A stretch of 64,000 bases of DNA from Veleropilina oligotropha. Taxonomy: Eukaryota. Each line of letters begins with the position of its first letter. The first letter of the stretch is position 1. Position numbers and translations under genes: made by a program. Below are positions 25,021-38,977 of the stretch, one piece after another. The stretch is from positions 496,001 through 560,000 of the forward strand of contig JBEUKZ010000100.1 of NCBI GenBank assembly GCA_048128005.1, written 5' to 3'. The notes beneath the pieces were generated by a model that saw only the letters and a program-made list of their open reading frames with translations, had not been told where the DNA came from and ran no database searches.

Positions 25021-27943
25021 ACAAGTAAGCTGCAAAGCAGCTGTTAGAGGGCTTCAAGCTGATCGTGTTCTATCACCCGCAGCCATCTTGTCTTACGCCC
25101 GATTGACTTTTCGCTCATAATATAACTTACGTTTAATATGAAGCAAGAAGCCAGAGCCATCAATATCCCCCGAAATGGTACATTATGCTTTAAAATCCAA
25201 GATGGAGGCCACAGCGGCCATCTTGGACATCGGACCACACCCATAATCTCTAGGCGTCGTGTCAATTTTTTAATTTTTTGTAAAATTTAAAAAAATAATA
25301 AAAATTTATTTTATTTCCTTAAAATTTTATTAATATATACATATGGCCACTCTGAATCGAATGCCGCAAATTTCAGGTCTGTACGTCACGTCGCTCTCCA
25401 GTTCCGGCCTTTTTAAGGAAAATGTGGTGGCCATTTTTTTTCGAATTTTTTTAGTATCCTAATTTAAAATATCTAAGCTCTAGCATCCATATTAAATAGA
25501 TTAAATAGAATTTGTTTGGGTTTAGGAAGCGCATTACTGCCACTCATATAAAAACCCATTGAGTTGTCTTGTCCTCTATAACCTGCCCTTCTTCTTAAAA
25601 TGCTCATCTAGGCGATTTTTAAATTGGTTTACAGATGTCGATTCCACTACATTATTAGGAAGAGCATTCCATTCATCGACAACCCGATTTGAGAAAAAGT
25701 GTTTTCTAACGTCTAGTCGGAATCGTTTTTTGTAAATCTTGTTTTGATGCCCCCGGGTATGCCTTTGGTTCATCTGAAAAAAGAAACTATTGTCAACGTT
25801 GACTTTTCCTGTAAACATTTTAAAAACCTGAATCATATCACCTCTTATCCTTCTCAAAGATAATGTTGTGAGGTTCAGAGCTCTTAGTCTCTCCTCGTAT
25901 GGTAATTCTCTCAATTCTCCTATCAATTTTGTGGCTCTTCTTTGAACTTGTTCTATTATATTGATATCCTTAGCACGATATGGACACCATGCTTGCACTG
26001 CATATTCTAAATGCGGTCTAACCATTTGCTTGTATAGGCGAGTTATGATGGCTTTAGATTTAAAATTAAAATTTCTCTTTATCATTCCCAATATTTGATT
26101 TCCCTTTTTAGCTGACTCTGCACATTGATTTGATGGTTTAAATGTCTTGTCTACCCATACACCCAAATCTTTTTCTTTGGCCATTTCTTGTAAAGCTTCT
26201 GAACCCATTTCATAATTATAGGTATTGTTATTATAACCCACATGCATTACTTTACATTTGCTGGTGTTGAAAACCATTTGCCAGTCCTCAGACCATTTTA
26301 TCACATTATTTAAATCACCTTGAAGTTTCTTTGCATCTTCTTCTGTTTCGATAATTCTGTACAGCTTGGTATCGTCTGCAAACTTTTTTACTAGCGATGT
26401 AATGACGTCATCAATATCATTTAAATATATGAGAAACAACAATGGTCCCAACACAGAACCTTGTGGGACTCCACTTAGTACTGGTTTCCATTCTGACTTT
26501 ACCCCATTTATTACAACCCTCTGTTTTCTATTTTCTAGCCACTTACATATCCAATTTAGTATTTGGCCTTTAATGCCATGGTTACTTAATTTTTGTAATA
26601 GTCGTTTATGTGGTACTTTATCGAATGCTTTCTGAAAATCAAGATATATGATATCAACTGGTTTGCCATTGTCAATTGCACTTGTTACATCTTCAAAAAA
26701 TTCCAGTAAGTTTGTTAAACAAGATCTTTTTTCCATAAACCCATGCTGACTTAGGTTTAGAAGGCCAAATTTATTTATGTGTTTTAAGATAACATCCTTT
26801 AAGATGGATTCCATTATTTTGCCTACTATTGATGTCAGACTAACAGGTCGATAATTTTGGGTATTTGATCGACTACCTTTTTTAAAGATTGGGGTAATAT
26901 TTCCAGTCTTCCAGTCTTCCAGTCTTCCAGCCATTTCTTGACCATTTTCTGGCAAACATGTGTCTTTTCCTTAATTAGGTCATTTCCTGCAATGTAGGTC
27001 AACGGCCAAGGTCACATGTGGAAGATCAACCATGACCTCCCATAGGCTCCCCATAGTAAACACGTGTCCGCGGTGCATCTTTTTTTATATATTGCCACTT
27101 GAAACAAATGCTTTAATGGCCGCCGAGGCACTTCCTGCTTTTCAATTTTATCTGTCAAATTTGGTAAATGTTGACTACACACGTCAATGGGAGTTCACTT
27201 AATCCACTATCGGCACACATATATGCATTTTTCCTTAATTAGGTTTATCTGGACAATTTGGTAAATGTCTACTTCACACGTCAATAGGAGTTCACTATAG
27301 GCACACATATATGCATTTTTCCTTAATTAGGTCATTTCGAGCAATGTAGGTCATCTGAGGTCAAAGATCATGATGGCATTTGAAAGCCCAACCATGACTT
27401 CCCATAGGCTCCCCATAGCGACCATGTGTCTATGTTGCATCATTTTCAAGATAAAGCCATTTAAAAAAAACAATTTAAGCGCCCACAGCGGCCTCCTTTT
27501 ACGACCGATCGATTTTTCGCTTGCAATTTAACTTCGCCTTAATACGTCAATCATATCTGGAAAGTCTTCCCTCGCTGTCATTGGCGGTTTTTTAGATTTT
27601 TTAAAATTTAATATATTCAAGATGGCGGCCGAACACCGTGGACTACGAAGTCAAATTATTGCGCCGACCGGCTTTGCGTATAGACCAACGTTATGTGACA
27701 GTTTGAAACGCCTGGTTATTGCCGTTTTCAAGTTACTTCTGGAAGGAAAAACGCGTTAAGCTTTAATATATTCAAGATGGCGGCCGAACAACGTGCTTGT
27801 AGACCAACGTTACATGAAAGTTTGAAACGCTTGGTTATTGCCGTTTTCGAGTTACACTTGGAAGGAAAAACGTGACAAAAAGAATAATAAACGGAACAAT
27901 TTCAATAGGTCTTCAAGACTTCATAAGGCTTGAAGCCCTAATA
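25021..27943 (-). mobile_element. Helentron-associated (HINE/DINE-like) element with a nested CR1
   Basis: Inverted subTIRs agggcttcaagc (25048-25059) / gcttgaagccct (27928-27939); palindrome beside one end and stem-loop agctgcaaagcagct at the other; internal degenerate tandem units. Confidence 0.75.
25492..26930 (-). mobile_element. CR1 LINE, 5'-truncated, RT domain ORF intact (25576 to ~26915)
   Basis: PIFKKG..NYRPVSLTS, YLDFQKAFDKVPH, SGVPQGSVLGPLLFLIY, KFADDTK, RPHLEYAVQAW and FFSNRVVDEWNALP. Confidence 0.95.
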
Positions 27944-28672
27944 AAATAATTAGTAAGGGCACCACAGCAGTCTTACATTGCTGGTGTTTCCCCTAAATAT
28001 ATTTCTCTGTAGACCTATACGATTGGCTTCAATGTATGTAGTTTGATGTCGTCAAGGACACGGCGTTATTGAAATTCTCAAAGCTTTTACGTCCGAATAA
28101 ACACATCATAACAATACATTAGAATCTGGTGTTTGCATGGATCATTATGTTGAATATTGGCGCATGATGCCCCACAATTCACTGACAAAATTAGAAGCTA
28201 GGTATTATTTTCCCAGTATATGAATAACTTCAAAGGTTTAAAAGAATGTTGTATGTGATACAAGGTATATTTTCTTAAACTTTTATAACTTCAAATAATA
28301 TTTATGTTACGTGAACAAGATATTTTCATCGGGTCAACAAGTACAAATGGTAACCGAAAACCGGAAATGACGTAATAAAATTCGGATCCCTGCTGACAAC
28401 AAACATAAACAAGGCAATCTCTACGACTAATAGTTTATCCACAGGAGCGGATAAATCGAAAAATGGAAATGACGTCATAAAATCCGAACCTCCATCCCGA
28501 TTCAGATAATTGTTATAATTTCCCGGTGACGAGGAACACAATGGTGAAAGCCATAAATCTCTATGACTAATAGTTTACCCACTAAAGCGGACAAAGCAAA
28601 ATCGTAAATGACGTCATAAGGTCCGGATCCCGATCCGGATTAGAATAATATATGGTATTTCCAGGTTTACCG

Positions 28673-29113
28673 CCACACACCACGCATTACGTGGGCGACC
28701 ACACACCACGCATTACGTGGGCGACCACACACCACGCATTACGTGGGCGACCACACACCACGCATTACGTGGGCGACCACACACCACGCATTACGTGGGC
28801 GACCACACACCACGCATTACGTGGGCGACCACACACCACGCATTACGTGGGCGACCACACACCACGCATTACGTGGGCGACCACACACCACGCATTACGT
28901 GGGCGACCACACACCACGCATTACGTGGGCGACCACACACCACGCATTACGTGGGCGACCACACACCACGCATTACGTGGGCGACCACACACCACGCATT
29001 ACGTGGGCGACCACACACCACGCATTACGTGGGCGACCACACACCACGCATTACGTGGGCGACCACACCACGCATTACGTGGGCGACCACACACCACGCA
29101 TTACGTGGGCGAC
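28673..29113. repeat. Minisatellite, 26-bp unit ccacacaccacgcattacgtgggcga, ~17 copies
   Basis: Near-perfect direct repeats, preceded by degenerate ~140-bp repeats (28340-28650). Confidence 0.97.
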
Positions 29114-29274
29114 TCAAACAATCTATCATGTGCGACATTTAAATAAAATATTGTTATACCAACTAACGACCAATATTTAGTTGAAATACTAGGTGCAGAC
29201 CTCCAGCTAAGCATCTCTAGAGATAACATATTAACGTTGCATTTTTATAAAATTATTATTAAATCGTGTTTATA

Positions 29275-29420
29275 CTGTTAATGTTAATGTTAATGTAACG
29301 GTCTTATATAGCGCATTCTTATGCACATGTCTCAACGTGCTGAACATTATTATTACCCTTGGTTATGGGCCTGTTCCATTTTATGTGCCATCTCAACTCC
29401 CTCTGGGGGCATTACAGTCA
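29275..29420 (-). mobile_element. SINE 3' part (Deu-like domain plus gcgctatataa tail)
   Basis: Reverse complement resembles 50415-50530 (gagttgaga..gaacaggcc.ataacca.gggtaataataatg..gcgctatataa). Confidence 0.7.
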
Positions 29421-29907
29421 TTTGCACGCGGGTAGCGCCGTGACTTACATAACTGACTTTTGTAACATTTATATGTTATGATAGTCACTATGAATCAAGA
29501 GTGAAGAAGTGCAAGTTTATTATAGAGTTGCTGATTACTTTACTCTTTATGAATTTATATAACCAAAAAGGCGGGCCTGTGTGAGGAGCATACCTCTAGT
29601 TGATAGAATTATAAAATGTTCCATTCTGGAATTGCCGTTTAAAATGTATATTTGACTTTTCTGTGGTCGTGAGCTACAGCGTCATAATCGCTATACAGTA
29701 TGAAATGAGTGCATATTTTGCTTTTATAATCCCATTATCTGACAAACCAAAAGAAAGGAAATTAACCATCGCCTATCCAAGATTTTGGTTCAAAATTGCA
29801 TTTGGGATTCTTCTGAGTACATGAATGGTGAATCTTTAATCTTTTTTTTCATTGTTTTTGTCTTTCTTATTTCTCCCCCTTTCTTCCCCTTTCTTGCTCC
29901 AACATCT

Positions 29908-30085
29908 TCCCCCTGGCACCCAGACTATTGTTCCCCAGCTTAACCGCAGGTACCCATTCAGATCGGCTGGGTGGACCGAGGCAAATATATGCTTATTTCC
30001 TTGCCAAAGTGAAATCACTGAGCTTTGGGGGCGAACGCGAGACTCTGTGACCAGAGTCCTATGAACAACCCACTGAGCCAACACA
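29908..30085 (-). mobile_element. tRNA-derived CORE-like SINE 5' part
   Basis: tggctcagtgg A box; ttggcaagg..gcatatat.tgcctcggt..cacccagccgatctga.tgggtacctg shared with 50180-50540. Confidence 0.7.
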
Positions 30086-30526
30086 TCTATCATGATTCTG
30101 GTGCTTTTTGCGTCATTTGACGAACTTGTTTTATACGAGCAGACGACACCTGGCTTCAAACTCGATAATGATAAGCGAAATCTACACTGTCGAAGCCTTC
30201 ACGCGTGTCATTCATTTAATATTTTTTTAATAGAGTATTTCTCATTTGTTAGAGTAGACGTAGTATGTGATAAATCGCCAATTATTTCTCATTTGTTAGA
30301 TTAGTATAATATTGGTAACACGCCAATTAGTATGAAAAATAGCTATAGAAACTATAAAAAGCAACAAATGCTGTTATGAAAAGAACTAATGTCGGATGAC
30401 GTCAACACTCAATTTACAAATTTCACCCACTTCAATATTACTACGCTCTATAATTATGTTAGAACGTGTCAACAAAATTATAAGCAACGTTGTATACAGT
30501 TTGCTTCTTTATAAATTTGAGATATG

Positions 30527-30650
30527 TATAGGTTATACCACGAGGTTTGGTTGTCTAATCGGAAAAGCGTGCAATTAAACCACGAGGCGCGAGTTGTTTA
30601 ATTGCAAGGGGTTTTCCGATTAGATAACACAGACAGAGTGATATTACCGA
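30527..30650. repeat. Palindromic hairpin element (Crypton-like)
   Basis: gtctaatcggaaaa..tgcaattaaac / gtttaattgca..ttttccgattaga around a cgaggcgcgag loop. Confidence 0.6.
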
Positions 30651-30819
30651 CGTAAACCATTTCAAAAGTGTACAATAATTTAAAATATATGATTATAATA
30701 ACCTTATACACCCGTTTTTAATGTAAGAAAGTAGTCCCCCGCGGTCTAACTGAAAATATGGGTTTTTAGACCACGGGCCAAGACAATAGAATGACGTCAC
30801 AAAAATGGTTTAAATGATA

Positions 30820-30973
30820 AATAGAGTCTCACGTTCATTGTCATTTAATGTCACATTTATAATACTCGTAAACTAATTTTCATATTTTCCTCGATGAAAC
30901 CTCGGAAAAATTAAAAATAAGTTAACCATTTTCATAAATGTGACATTAAATGACGAGTGTGAGATCCCTTTTA
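30820..30973. repeat. Palindromic hairpin element
   Basis: gtcatttaatgtcacatttat / ataaatgtgacattaaatgac arms. Confidence 0.65.
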
Positions 30974-32088
30974 TCACATTCACAGTTAATTATGTTTAGG
31001 TCATATTTCCATGAAAGCAAATAACTTCAGTGAGCGATCTTGCAAGGTATTAACGATCACGCATCCCAAAGTATCACGCAGGAAATAAATCTGAGTGATG
31101 TTCAGATTTTCAGTTTAATCTACGATAATCATATGATATATATGGTATACCATGATATATATGGTATATATGGTATACCAGAAAACGAAATGTAATAATT
31201 GTGTCAAGGAGTAACATGCAAATGTTTCTTTTTTTACCTTTTATAGCCACTTTCAGAAGCGTATCTTATAATAGTATAAACTTGCACAAACTCTTCAGCC
31301 CACATTACATTTATTAGCTGCCACAATGAGTGTAAGAAATGAACTATATCTAAACACACATAAACACTAGTGTGATAGAAACTGGAATTCGATGAAGAGT
31401 AAAAGAAAATGATTGTCGAGCATATTGAAAAGAAAATCGAGTGCTGTCATATTAATTTTGGGCGGACTGTATTGAATAAGCTTTGTTCGGTATCGGCGTG
31501 CGATATCTCAATATCAATAGTGTCCAAATTTAGTTTGAAAACCGGTCACGATTGATTTCAATAGCCATTAAACCCTCTCTTCAGATGACCAAAGTTGGGT
31601 ATTGTTGGCCTTGATCAGTCCTTGAAATGGTGACCATGCCCGACAACTGATCTTGTCCTGAAAAAACCCGACTGATCGAACAAAGACATACGCGTCTCGA
31701 ATAGTAATTTTGGTGCTCTTTCGGTACTTCCGCACAGATCAGGCTTTATACATATTTAAGGAACTCCGGCTTGTATTCGTTTTCAATTTTCACACTTCGC
31801 GTATTATCTGCCTTGTCAATTTCCAAATAAAATACAATGTTGCCCCCCTGTATTATGGGCATTAGGGTTAGGTAAGCAGGGTTCGCTAATCGTTGAAAAT
31901 AGAGAATTGAATATTGTTTTTATTCATAATATGAATGAAAACGTCCGCACTCCAAGACATTTTATCGGAGATGAAAAACCGGATTTCCAAAGTTGAGAAA
32001 AAGCCTGAGCTGTGGGGAAGTACCGAAAAACCGCCGTAATTTTGGTTGGGTTGAGACCGATGCTTAATGTCTTGATTATAACAACCAG

Positions 32089-33936
32089 GGCCCCGTTTCA
32101 CTCAGCTATTCGTAGCAACGAATACGTAGTGGAGTTACGTGTGACCTACGAGTGAAGATACGAATGAGAACAGACCGTTTCACTAAGGCGTTCGTTGGTC
32201 ACCAACAATTGACATACGAGTCGGGTCATTCGCAACTTTTTAACCATTGGACTGCGAGGTCAATGTTATGTAATACCGTCTTGACGCGAGAGTAAATTTG
32301 AATAACAATAGAAATCGACAGGAGTAGACAGTAACTTTACAACAGAATAGATCTATTTGAAATGTACAACGGATAACAGATTACATAACGTCTTACATAG
32401 TTACGAAGAACAGATTATATGAAGTCTTACAGATTTTCGATCGCCGATTTCATAATCAATGAAAAGTATGTAATACAAACATTTCACGACACATTTTCGT
32501 GACACTTATTCAAGTTGATTGAACTACCACTCATTTTGAACAAAAAAGAAAAATTGTACAACATATTTTTAGTATACTAGTATTTCTAATTGCGACCTGT
32601 TACTCATATGAAATGGTGAAAATGGTTAATAAATGTTAGTAAAATATATAGCATTTGCATTTTCAGAATGCAGGAGAGGGATTTCGCACAGTTATTTCCC
32701 CAAAATGTTCCTGTTAAAGGATTTGTGAACCAAAACTCATAATATAGGCTAAATTTCACTATACGGCATATTCCTATCATATTATTTGTTGTGTTAGTCT
32801 TTCACGAGTGTCCGTGTTTGTTGTAAGCGAAATAATCAATCAGCTCAAGTATAGTCATATTTTCAGGTCAGGGGTCGAATATGACGTAACAATAGACAGG
32901 CAATTCGGAATCTTTTCAATTCGATGACAACATCATTGTCCTGCAAATTGGTTACTCAACAGGAACAATAGCATTAGGACTAGTGTGTCGTCACCTAATA
33001 AGTGTTCGGGAAATTTCGGGGTGACTTGCTAAGGATCTTTTGTATCCATGTTTTGATAATCTAAATCATGGCGCTACTAATAAGTTAATAAATAAATATA
33101 CGATAGCATTATTATCAACCAGAATATATTATGTGTTCACAAATCCTTTAATAGTATATTTCGATCCTCCATTTAACATTCTTGGCTACACCCATGTTGT
33201 TAATTAAACTTGCTATGATATGAATTAACGCGGTAATATGAATCGCATACCAGTTATGTTTGGATTAATTTCCAATGAAGACAACTGATCCATTTAAAGT
33301 ACTGTAAATAAAATACTGGACTGAAGCTCAATCATGTATCCACCGAATTATTATTTATTAAAAATTTCAACAAGATTATGTTAACACTGTATATACATAA
33401 TGTAGTCATTATATTATTAGTTGATTAAACTTTATTTGATAACTGGTATGAATTAACTTAAAGCAGTAATATGAATCGCTTACCGATTGTGTAAGGATTA
33501 GTTTTTACTGAAGACAACACTAAAATCGGCACACCAAATTAGCAGTTTAAATGATGTAATATGATTACGGAAATTATTTCATTTTTTTCATTATTTTCGT
33601 TAGTACATTTTATTTTATGCTTCAAGTAGTTCCTGGAATATAAATTATCAATGTCAAATGTCTGTACGCTCGTATTTTGGTAGTATTTGAAGTTACAAAT
33701 GACTTACGAGAGCTACCTGTTTTCATTAGGCACACGCAGTATTTGCGAGTCACTCGTGGGCTAGTCGTTGCTACGAGTGGTTAGTGAAACGCTCTGAAGT
33801 TACGAATCAGCCTCGTTATGGAGATACGTTTGATTCGTAGCAACGAATGGTTAGTGAAACGCTTCCCACTCGTAAAGTGTTATATATAGAAACATACGAG
33901 TCACTCGCAGCTACGAACGCTTAGTGAAACGAGGCC
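32089..33936. mobile_element. Non-autonomous Harbinger-type element (CAG TSD) inserted in a SINE 3' end
   Basis: TIR ggccccgtttcact / agtgaaacgaggcc, CAG on both sides; repeated gtttcact/agtgaaac subterminal motifs. Confidence 0.8.
32718..33147. mobile_element. Kolobok-like MITE (TTAA TSD)
   Basis: ttaa|aggatttgtgaac ... gttcacaaatcct|ttaa. Confidence 0.8.
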
Positions 33937-34623
33937 CAGGTAGATTGATATTTTCGAGGAAGGAAAGACCGGTCGCCTTGGAGACGACCCTCTCCGGAAC
34001 GTTATAGACAACTGTCACTAGTAACTGTACAAAGACTGGTATATATGGTTAATAAATAATTAAAGTGGTTGTCGACCTTACCATGACGACCAGTTAAAAG
34101 GTAACTGGTAAAACATTCAATTTAAGCTAATCTCTTGGAAATGTATACTAGTAATAGAACGATTGCTTTTAAAGAAAAGCCATAAAAAATATGCAGTTTA
34201 CTTATTACACGATTATCCCGATATATTGTTCGCATGCCCTACCATTTGTGGGTGCGAATATATTCACTAACAAATAAGGTAATATCAAATACTGCTATTA
34301 GCAAATATAAACTTTTACCACTTATAATTATTTATAGTTGAAGTATGTCAGACACGCATGTCTTATTCGAATATAGTCTTCTCTTATGAATGCAAGTTAT
34401 GACATTGTTGCTGCTATGTCAGATATCATTGTTAAACCGGGCGTAAACCTATGTGACTTTAAACGGAAACAAAGTACCATGTCATGTCCAGGCACTACAA
34501 AATAAAGCAATGGTCAATTACCATTGTGCGGCTTTTGACAAGCATCTGCCTGTATCCACCACATGTAGCGAATATTGGTTACATATAATTTATCGTAAAG
34601 TAGCAACGGTGGCGATCGGATTA

Positions 34624-34920
34624 TCTCTCTATATAAAAGAGTAGAGTCTGTCTGTCTGTCTGTCTGCTATCTCCTCCGTAACCACTGGGCCGATCATCAC
34701 CAAACTTTGCATGTCAACTAAGGGTACCCAGGGGATGGTCTTGGCCGCAAAAAAAAATTGAATTTTGAAACCCCCCCCCCCCCAATTTTTTTTTAATTTT
34801 TAATTTTAGGCGAAAATATAAATTTTGGAAATTTGATATGAGGAGCGAAGCCGCTCCAATTGGGGCCGCAGGCCCCACGACGCTGAATTAGAGCTCCCGA
34901 AGGGAGCTCAATTCAGCTAT
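34624..34920 (+). mobile_element. Non-autonomous Helitron
   Basis: 5' TC(tctc)tatataaaag, (gtct)n microsatellite, 3' hairpin gctgaattagagctccc-gaa-gggagctcaattcagc ending in ctat (CTAG-like). Confidence 0.7.
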
Positions 34921-36420
34921 TAATTAATAATATTAACAGTTGTTATTTTATTCGATCTAAATTTACCTTTAACTGTTGTCAGAGAAACACATTCATGCGC
35001 ATTGCTGCAAGCGCAATGTTCACAGTGTTAAATGAACATTTATAATTTTGGTATGGTCCCGGCACAGTTAGTTTTACTTGTAATAATCAGTTGTTATTGT
35101 CATGCCTTCCAACGCTATTTTCTAAAGACGAGATCTGATATCTGTCTGTAAATACGACGCACAATACCCGCTATGTAGCGAGAATAAATGGGTTGCTAGA
35201 AGCCTACCTTGCTTCACTCCTAATGATTGCTACGCGGATACATGCTATTCATATTTAAAGAAGGCAAATCGTATTAGCGATAATTACGCCACGTAACTTC
35301 TGCCAAATTACGCAGCAACTTTAATGTGACTCGACATAATAAAAATCCTTCTAAAATTGAATTGAATATTATGCATACGATATGCCAGACATGCATCGAC
35401 GCATGCACCTGTGGTTTAATGAATAAGGGCGAGATTCCTAATTCACACGCCTGCCTGCTCTAACTAACAGGAGCGAGTTCCATATTACTTGGCTGGACAA
35501 TTTCTTCGATTACCCGTCACAGTTGTCGGCAACTGATCTGTGAGGACCGGTCTTCTTTAGCGATAATAAGAACATGTCCTAAAATCAACCTGACTGAACG
35601 GTGTTAAACTGGACTCCAAAATCAAATCAGACTTACACAATGTTGCGTGAAAATACATGCCGTTATAATTTGGGTATACATATTAGGTGGCTACAGTAAC
35701 ACCGTCCGAGAGCCATTCCTGTGGCGACATCGTTCGACCCGTCTATCAACAGAACTAACTAATATGACCTAACTAATATGTATTTCTTAAATTGGTGATC
35801 TTTAAGAAATTATATTGGTAGCGATATGCATGATCATTAATTATGGAGCCGTAATCGTATTTATTAATTGCTTGATTAGTAATTTAACAACTTCATTGAG
35901 GTATATTAAACATTTCTAACGAACAGCTAAAGTGGTAACTTGTAAAAATGTATAAGTATAATAGAACGAGTTACAGATAACTTTTAAAGAAAACACAAGC
36001 GTATTAATTAGGGCCACAAAGAAATAAAATAAACAGTCGAAATTTCGACTTTTACTTTAAAGTGGTATCTGGTAGGTCTATGGCCCAATACGGGTGTTAG
36101 ACGGGTTGGCGTGGGTTTCGCACGTATTCGTGCTTGTTTAGGTCATATTTGCTAGAAAAAAGTTCCGTCGTTTGTAAAATTCTTTTATTCTGAGATGGTT
36201 TCATTAATAAATTATAAATACACGCATTATATTGTGTATAACACTCTATCATCAAGGTGTTAACATGGCACGAAACTGTCATTGTGGTACATATTATTTG
36301 TTTCCGGTTTATAGAACACAAATGATTCATTTGGCACGCTCATATACTACAGTAAAATTTGCATATTAGGATCTTAATATGCCAATGCCGATGCGCTTTT
36401 GTTAATAGTAAAACAGAGCG

Positions 36421-36680
36421 ACCGCCTCCGTGATGCAGTGGGTTAGTAAGTTGCTCCAGATCCACTTGCACTGACTGCGCTTATTCGTGCTTGTAGGTTC
36501 GAGATCGGCCGAATTGGATTTAGACCCATCAGTCAGTTTACCGGGTATTCCGGCGTTTCCTCCAACGATGACAGTAGGAAGCTTTCGATGTCACGCGTAC
36601 TAGACTGACGCGGGTGCGAGCGCGCCAGGAAATACCCAGGTGTTTCCCCAAAACAGCCGCGTGGTTTTAACAGCGTTGTG
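36421..36680 (+). mobile_element. tRNA-derived SINE with V/Meta-like core
   Basis: tgatgcagtgg A-box-like, ggttcgaga B-box-like, ccgggtattccggcgtttcctcc core. Confidence 0.6.
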
Positions 36681-36999
36681 GAGCTTTCGCTGATCTGTCC
36701 ATTTCGGCGGGCCGTTGGCAGAGTGTTTGCTAAATTTTTATACACGAGGTAATATATCTGAATCGGTCAACATATATCTCACAATCTCAAATTATATTAA
36801 TATATATATAAACATATCAGTACTTAAAACAGTATTTCCCCGTCTGATTGGATAGAGACGTTAAACCGCGATACCTCTGAAATACTGGGAAATCGGTCGT
36901 AAAAACACTTATTGAAATAAAAAGTTATCTGATTAATCGCGCCACTCGACTACTGTTAGATATCCCCAGCACTGATAGTCGTGCACGTGTAGCCATAGC

Positions 37000-37109
37000 C
37001 CGATAAATCTGCCCCTAATTACAAGCTCGAAATCCTGACGGTCGCGTGTATAGGCCGATAAATCTGCCCCTAATTACAAGCTCGAAATCCTGACGGTCGC
37101 GCGTATAGG
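37000..37109. repeat. 55-bp tandem duplication
   Basis: ccgataaatctgcccctaattacaagctcg starts at 37000 and at 37055. Confidence 0.9.
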
Positions 37110-37504
37110 GTCAGATGTCGCCGCTATTAAAAAAGCGTGGGTCTGTAACCCAAATATAGCGACAGCGATATCGACACCTTTACGTGCCATATGGCGAATC
37201 TTTCCATACCCACATATCAATAAACCATTTCACAATCACCTGACTTTATTGTTGATCAATCCTAGTGACATAAGTCACATTATAAGCTTACATTGTTACT
37301 CGAAGCGTGTTAATTCGAAGCCATTAACACAGCGAAAACATTCGCATCAACCAATCAAAGCGGGTTTCCGGTTGATTAATTCAGCAGTGCAATCCAAAGT
37401 CAAATTGGCTGAAAGTACTTTGCCTTATTCTGTCGCTGAAAATTTTGTAGATCGACCGAAAACCTGTTTGATGATTAATACTCTGAATATTTTCAACCAT
37501 CAGA

Positions 37505-37720
37505 TTCAAGACAGGACATGTCCATATTCTCGAGGGAGAAAAGACCGGTCTCAAGGCGAAACACGCCCTCTATGGGCAGCTACGGCCAACTGCGATTTAT
37601 AACCGAACAAAGAATGTTAATGCCCCAGCCGAGATTCGAACCCACTCATCTTAATTACCGCGATCGATCCAGTGATTTCAGAGTTGGCACTTCATACCAT
37701 ACGACTATCGGGGAGGCAAC
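37505..37720 (-). mobile_element. tRNA-derived SINE with V/Meta-like core
   Basis: gattcgaaccc (B box, reverse) and body match the 60152-60410 family. Confidence 0.7.
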
Positions 37721-37941
37721 TTGTTTGAAAATAGTATGCTAGTATACCACCATACACTGACCAGCAAAATAAACGTCACTCTGTTACAAATGTGTGAGAG
37801 ACATTTAATTCAATTCATTGTTGAAAACGAATTAATATCATGATGAAAGTGAAAGTTTGTCAACAATATCTTAACAGATCAAGGAAATTTTTTGCATAAT
37901 TTCCAAACATTAATTCTACTGTCCAATGAAAGACGTTAAAG

Positions 37942-38977
37942 TCAGTATCTTGTGTGACCACATTGAGCATCAATAACTGCCGTACAACGTCTGTACATAG
38001 AGCGGATCAACCGGTTGATGAAGGCCATTGGCACCTGGGCCCACACTCTAAGAAATGCCTGCCGCAATAAAATCGCAGTTGTCGGCCTTGGTATGACGTA
38101 ATTCAACCTTCTCTGAAGCTCGTCCCAAAGGTGTTCAATCGGGTTTAGATCCGGACTAAGAGCTGGCCACTGCATGGTATTGACTCCGTTGTGGAGTAGG
38201 AAGTCCCTTGTAGCTCTGGCAGTGTGGGGACGGGCGTTGTCATGCTGGAAGACGTGGTTCCGGTGACGTGCAAAATGTGGTACGACGTGGGGTCTTGAGA
38301 GTTTGGTCGAATTAGCGCGCTGCTGTGATGCCACCTCCTCTACCTGGACCCAGGTTCTGGAACACAACAGGACCCACTCTCTGGTTCAGACTGATTCCAC
38401 ACCATACCATGATGCTTGGACCTCCCCATGGGTCTCTTTCCACAACACATTGGGCTGAATAACGTTGACACGTCGACGCATTAATCTCACTCTGCCATCT
38501 GCAGTTGACACAGTACCGACTCTCGTTTGTGAACAGGACTGTTCTCCACTGTTTGTAGCGCCAATGTTGATGCTGTACGGCCCACCGACGTCGTTCACGT
38601 CGATGACGAGGGGTGAGGATGGGTCCACGGTTAGGTCTACGGCAACGGAGGTTCCTGTTGTTGAGACATCGACGCACTGTGTCGGCACTAATTCGTCTCC
38701 CGTGTGTCCCTACTGTCTGACGTGCTGTTTCAGTCGCTCGGGTGAATGGATCCTGCGGATGCTGGTGAACAACATGGCGGTCTTGTCTCTGAGTTGTCAC
38801 CCTTGGTCGTCCAGTGCGCGGGCGGTCACTCGTGATGTTAGTGGCCTGGAAGCGTTGCTGCAGCTTGTAGATGGTCCTCCTGTTGACTTGGAAGTGATTG
38901 GCAACGGCTAGTGCAGTCTGGCCAGCTTGAAGTCTCCCAAGCGCCTGGTTCCTCTGAGCTGACGTAAGTCTCGGCAT
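37942..38977 (-). pseudogene. Tc1 transposase, frameshifted
   Basis: HTH region, DRPRTGRPRVTT, VLFTNESR (first catalytic D changed to N), FQHDNARPH and WPALSPDLNPIEHLWD, split over frames. Confidence 0.92.
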
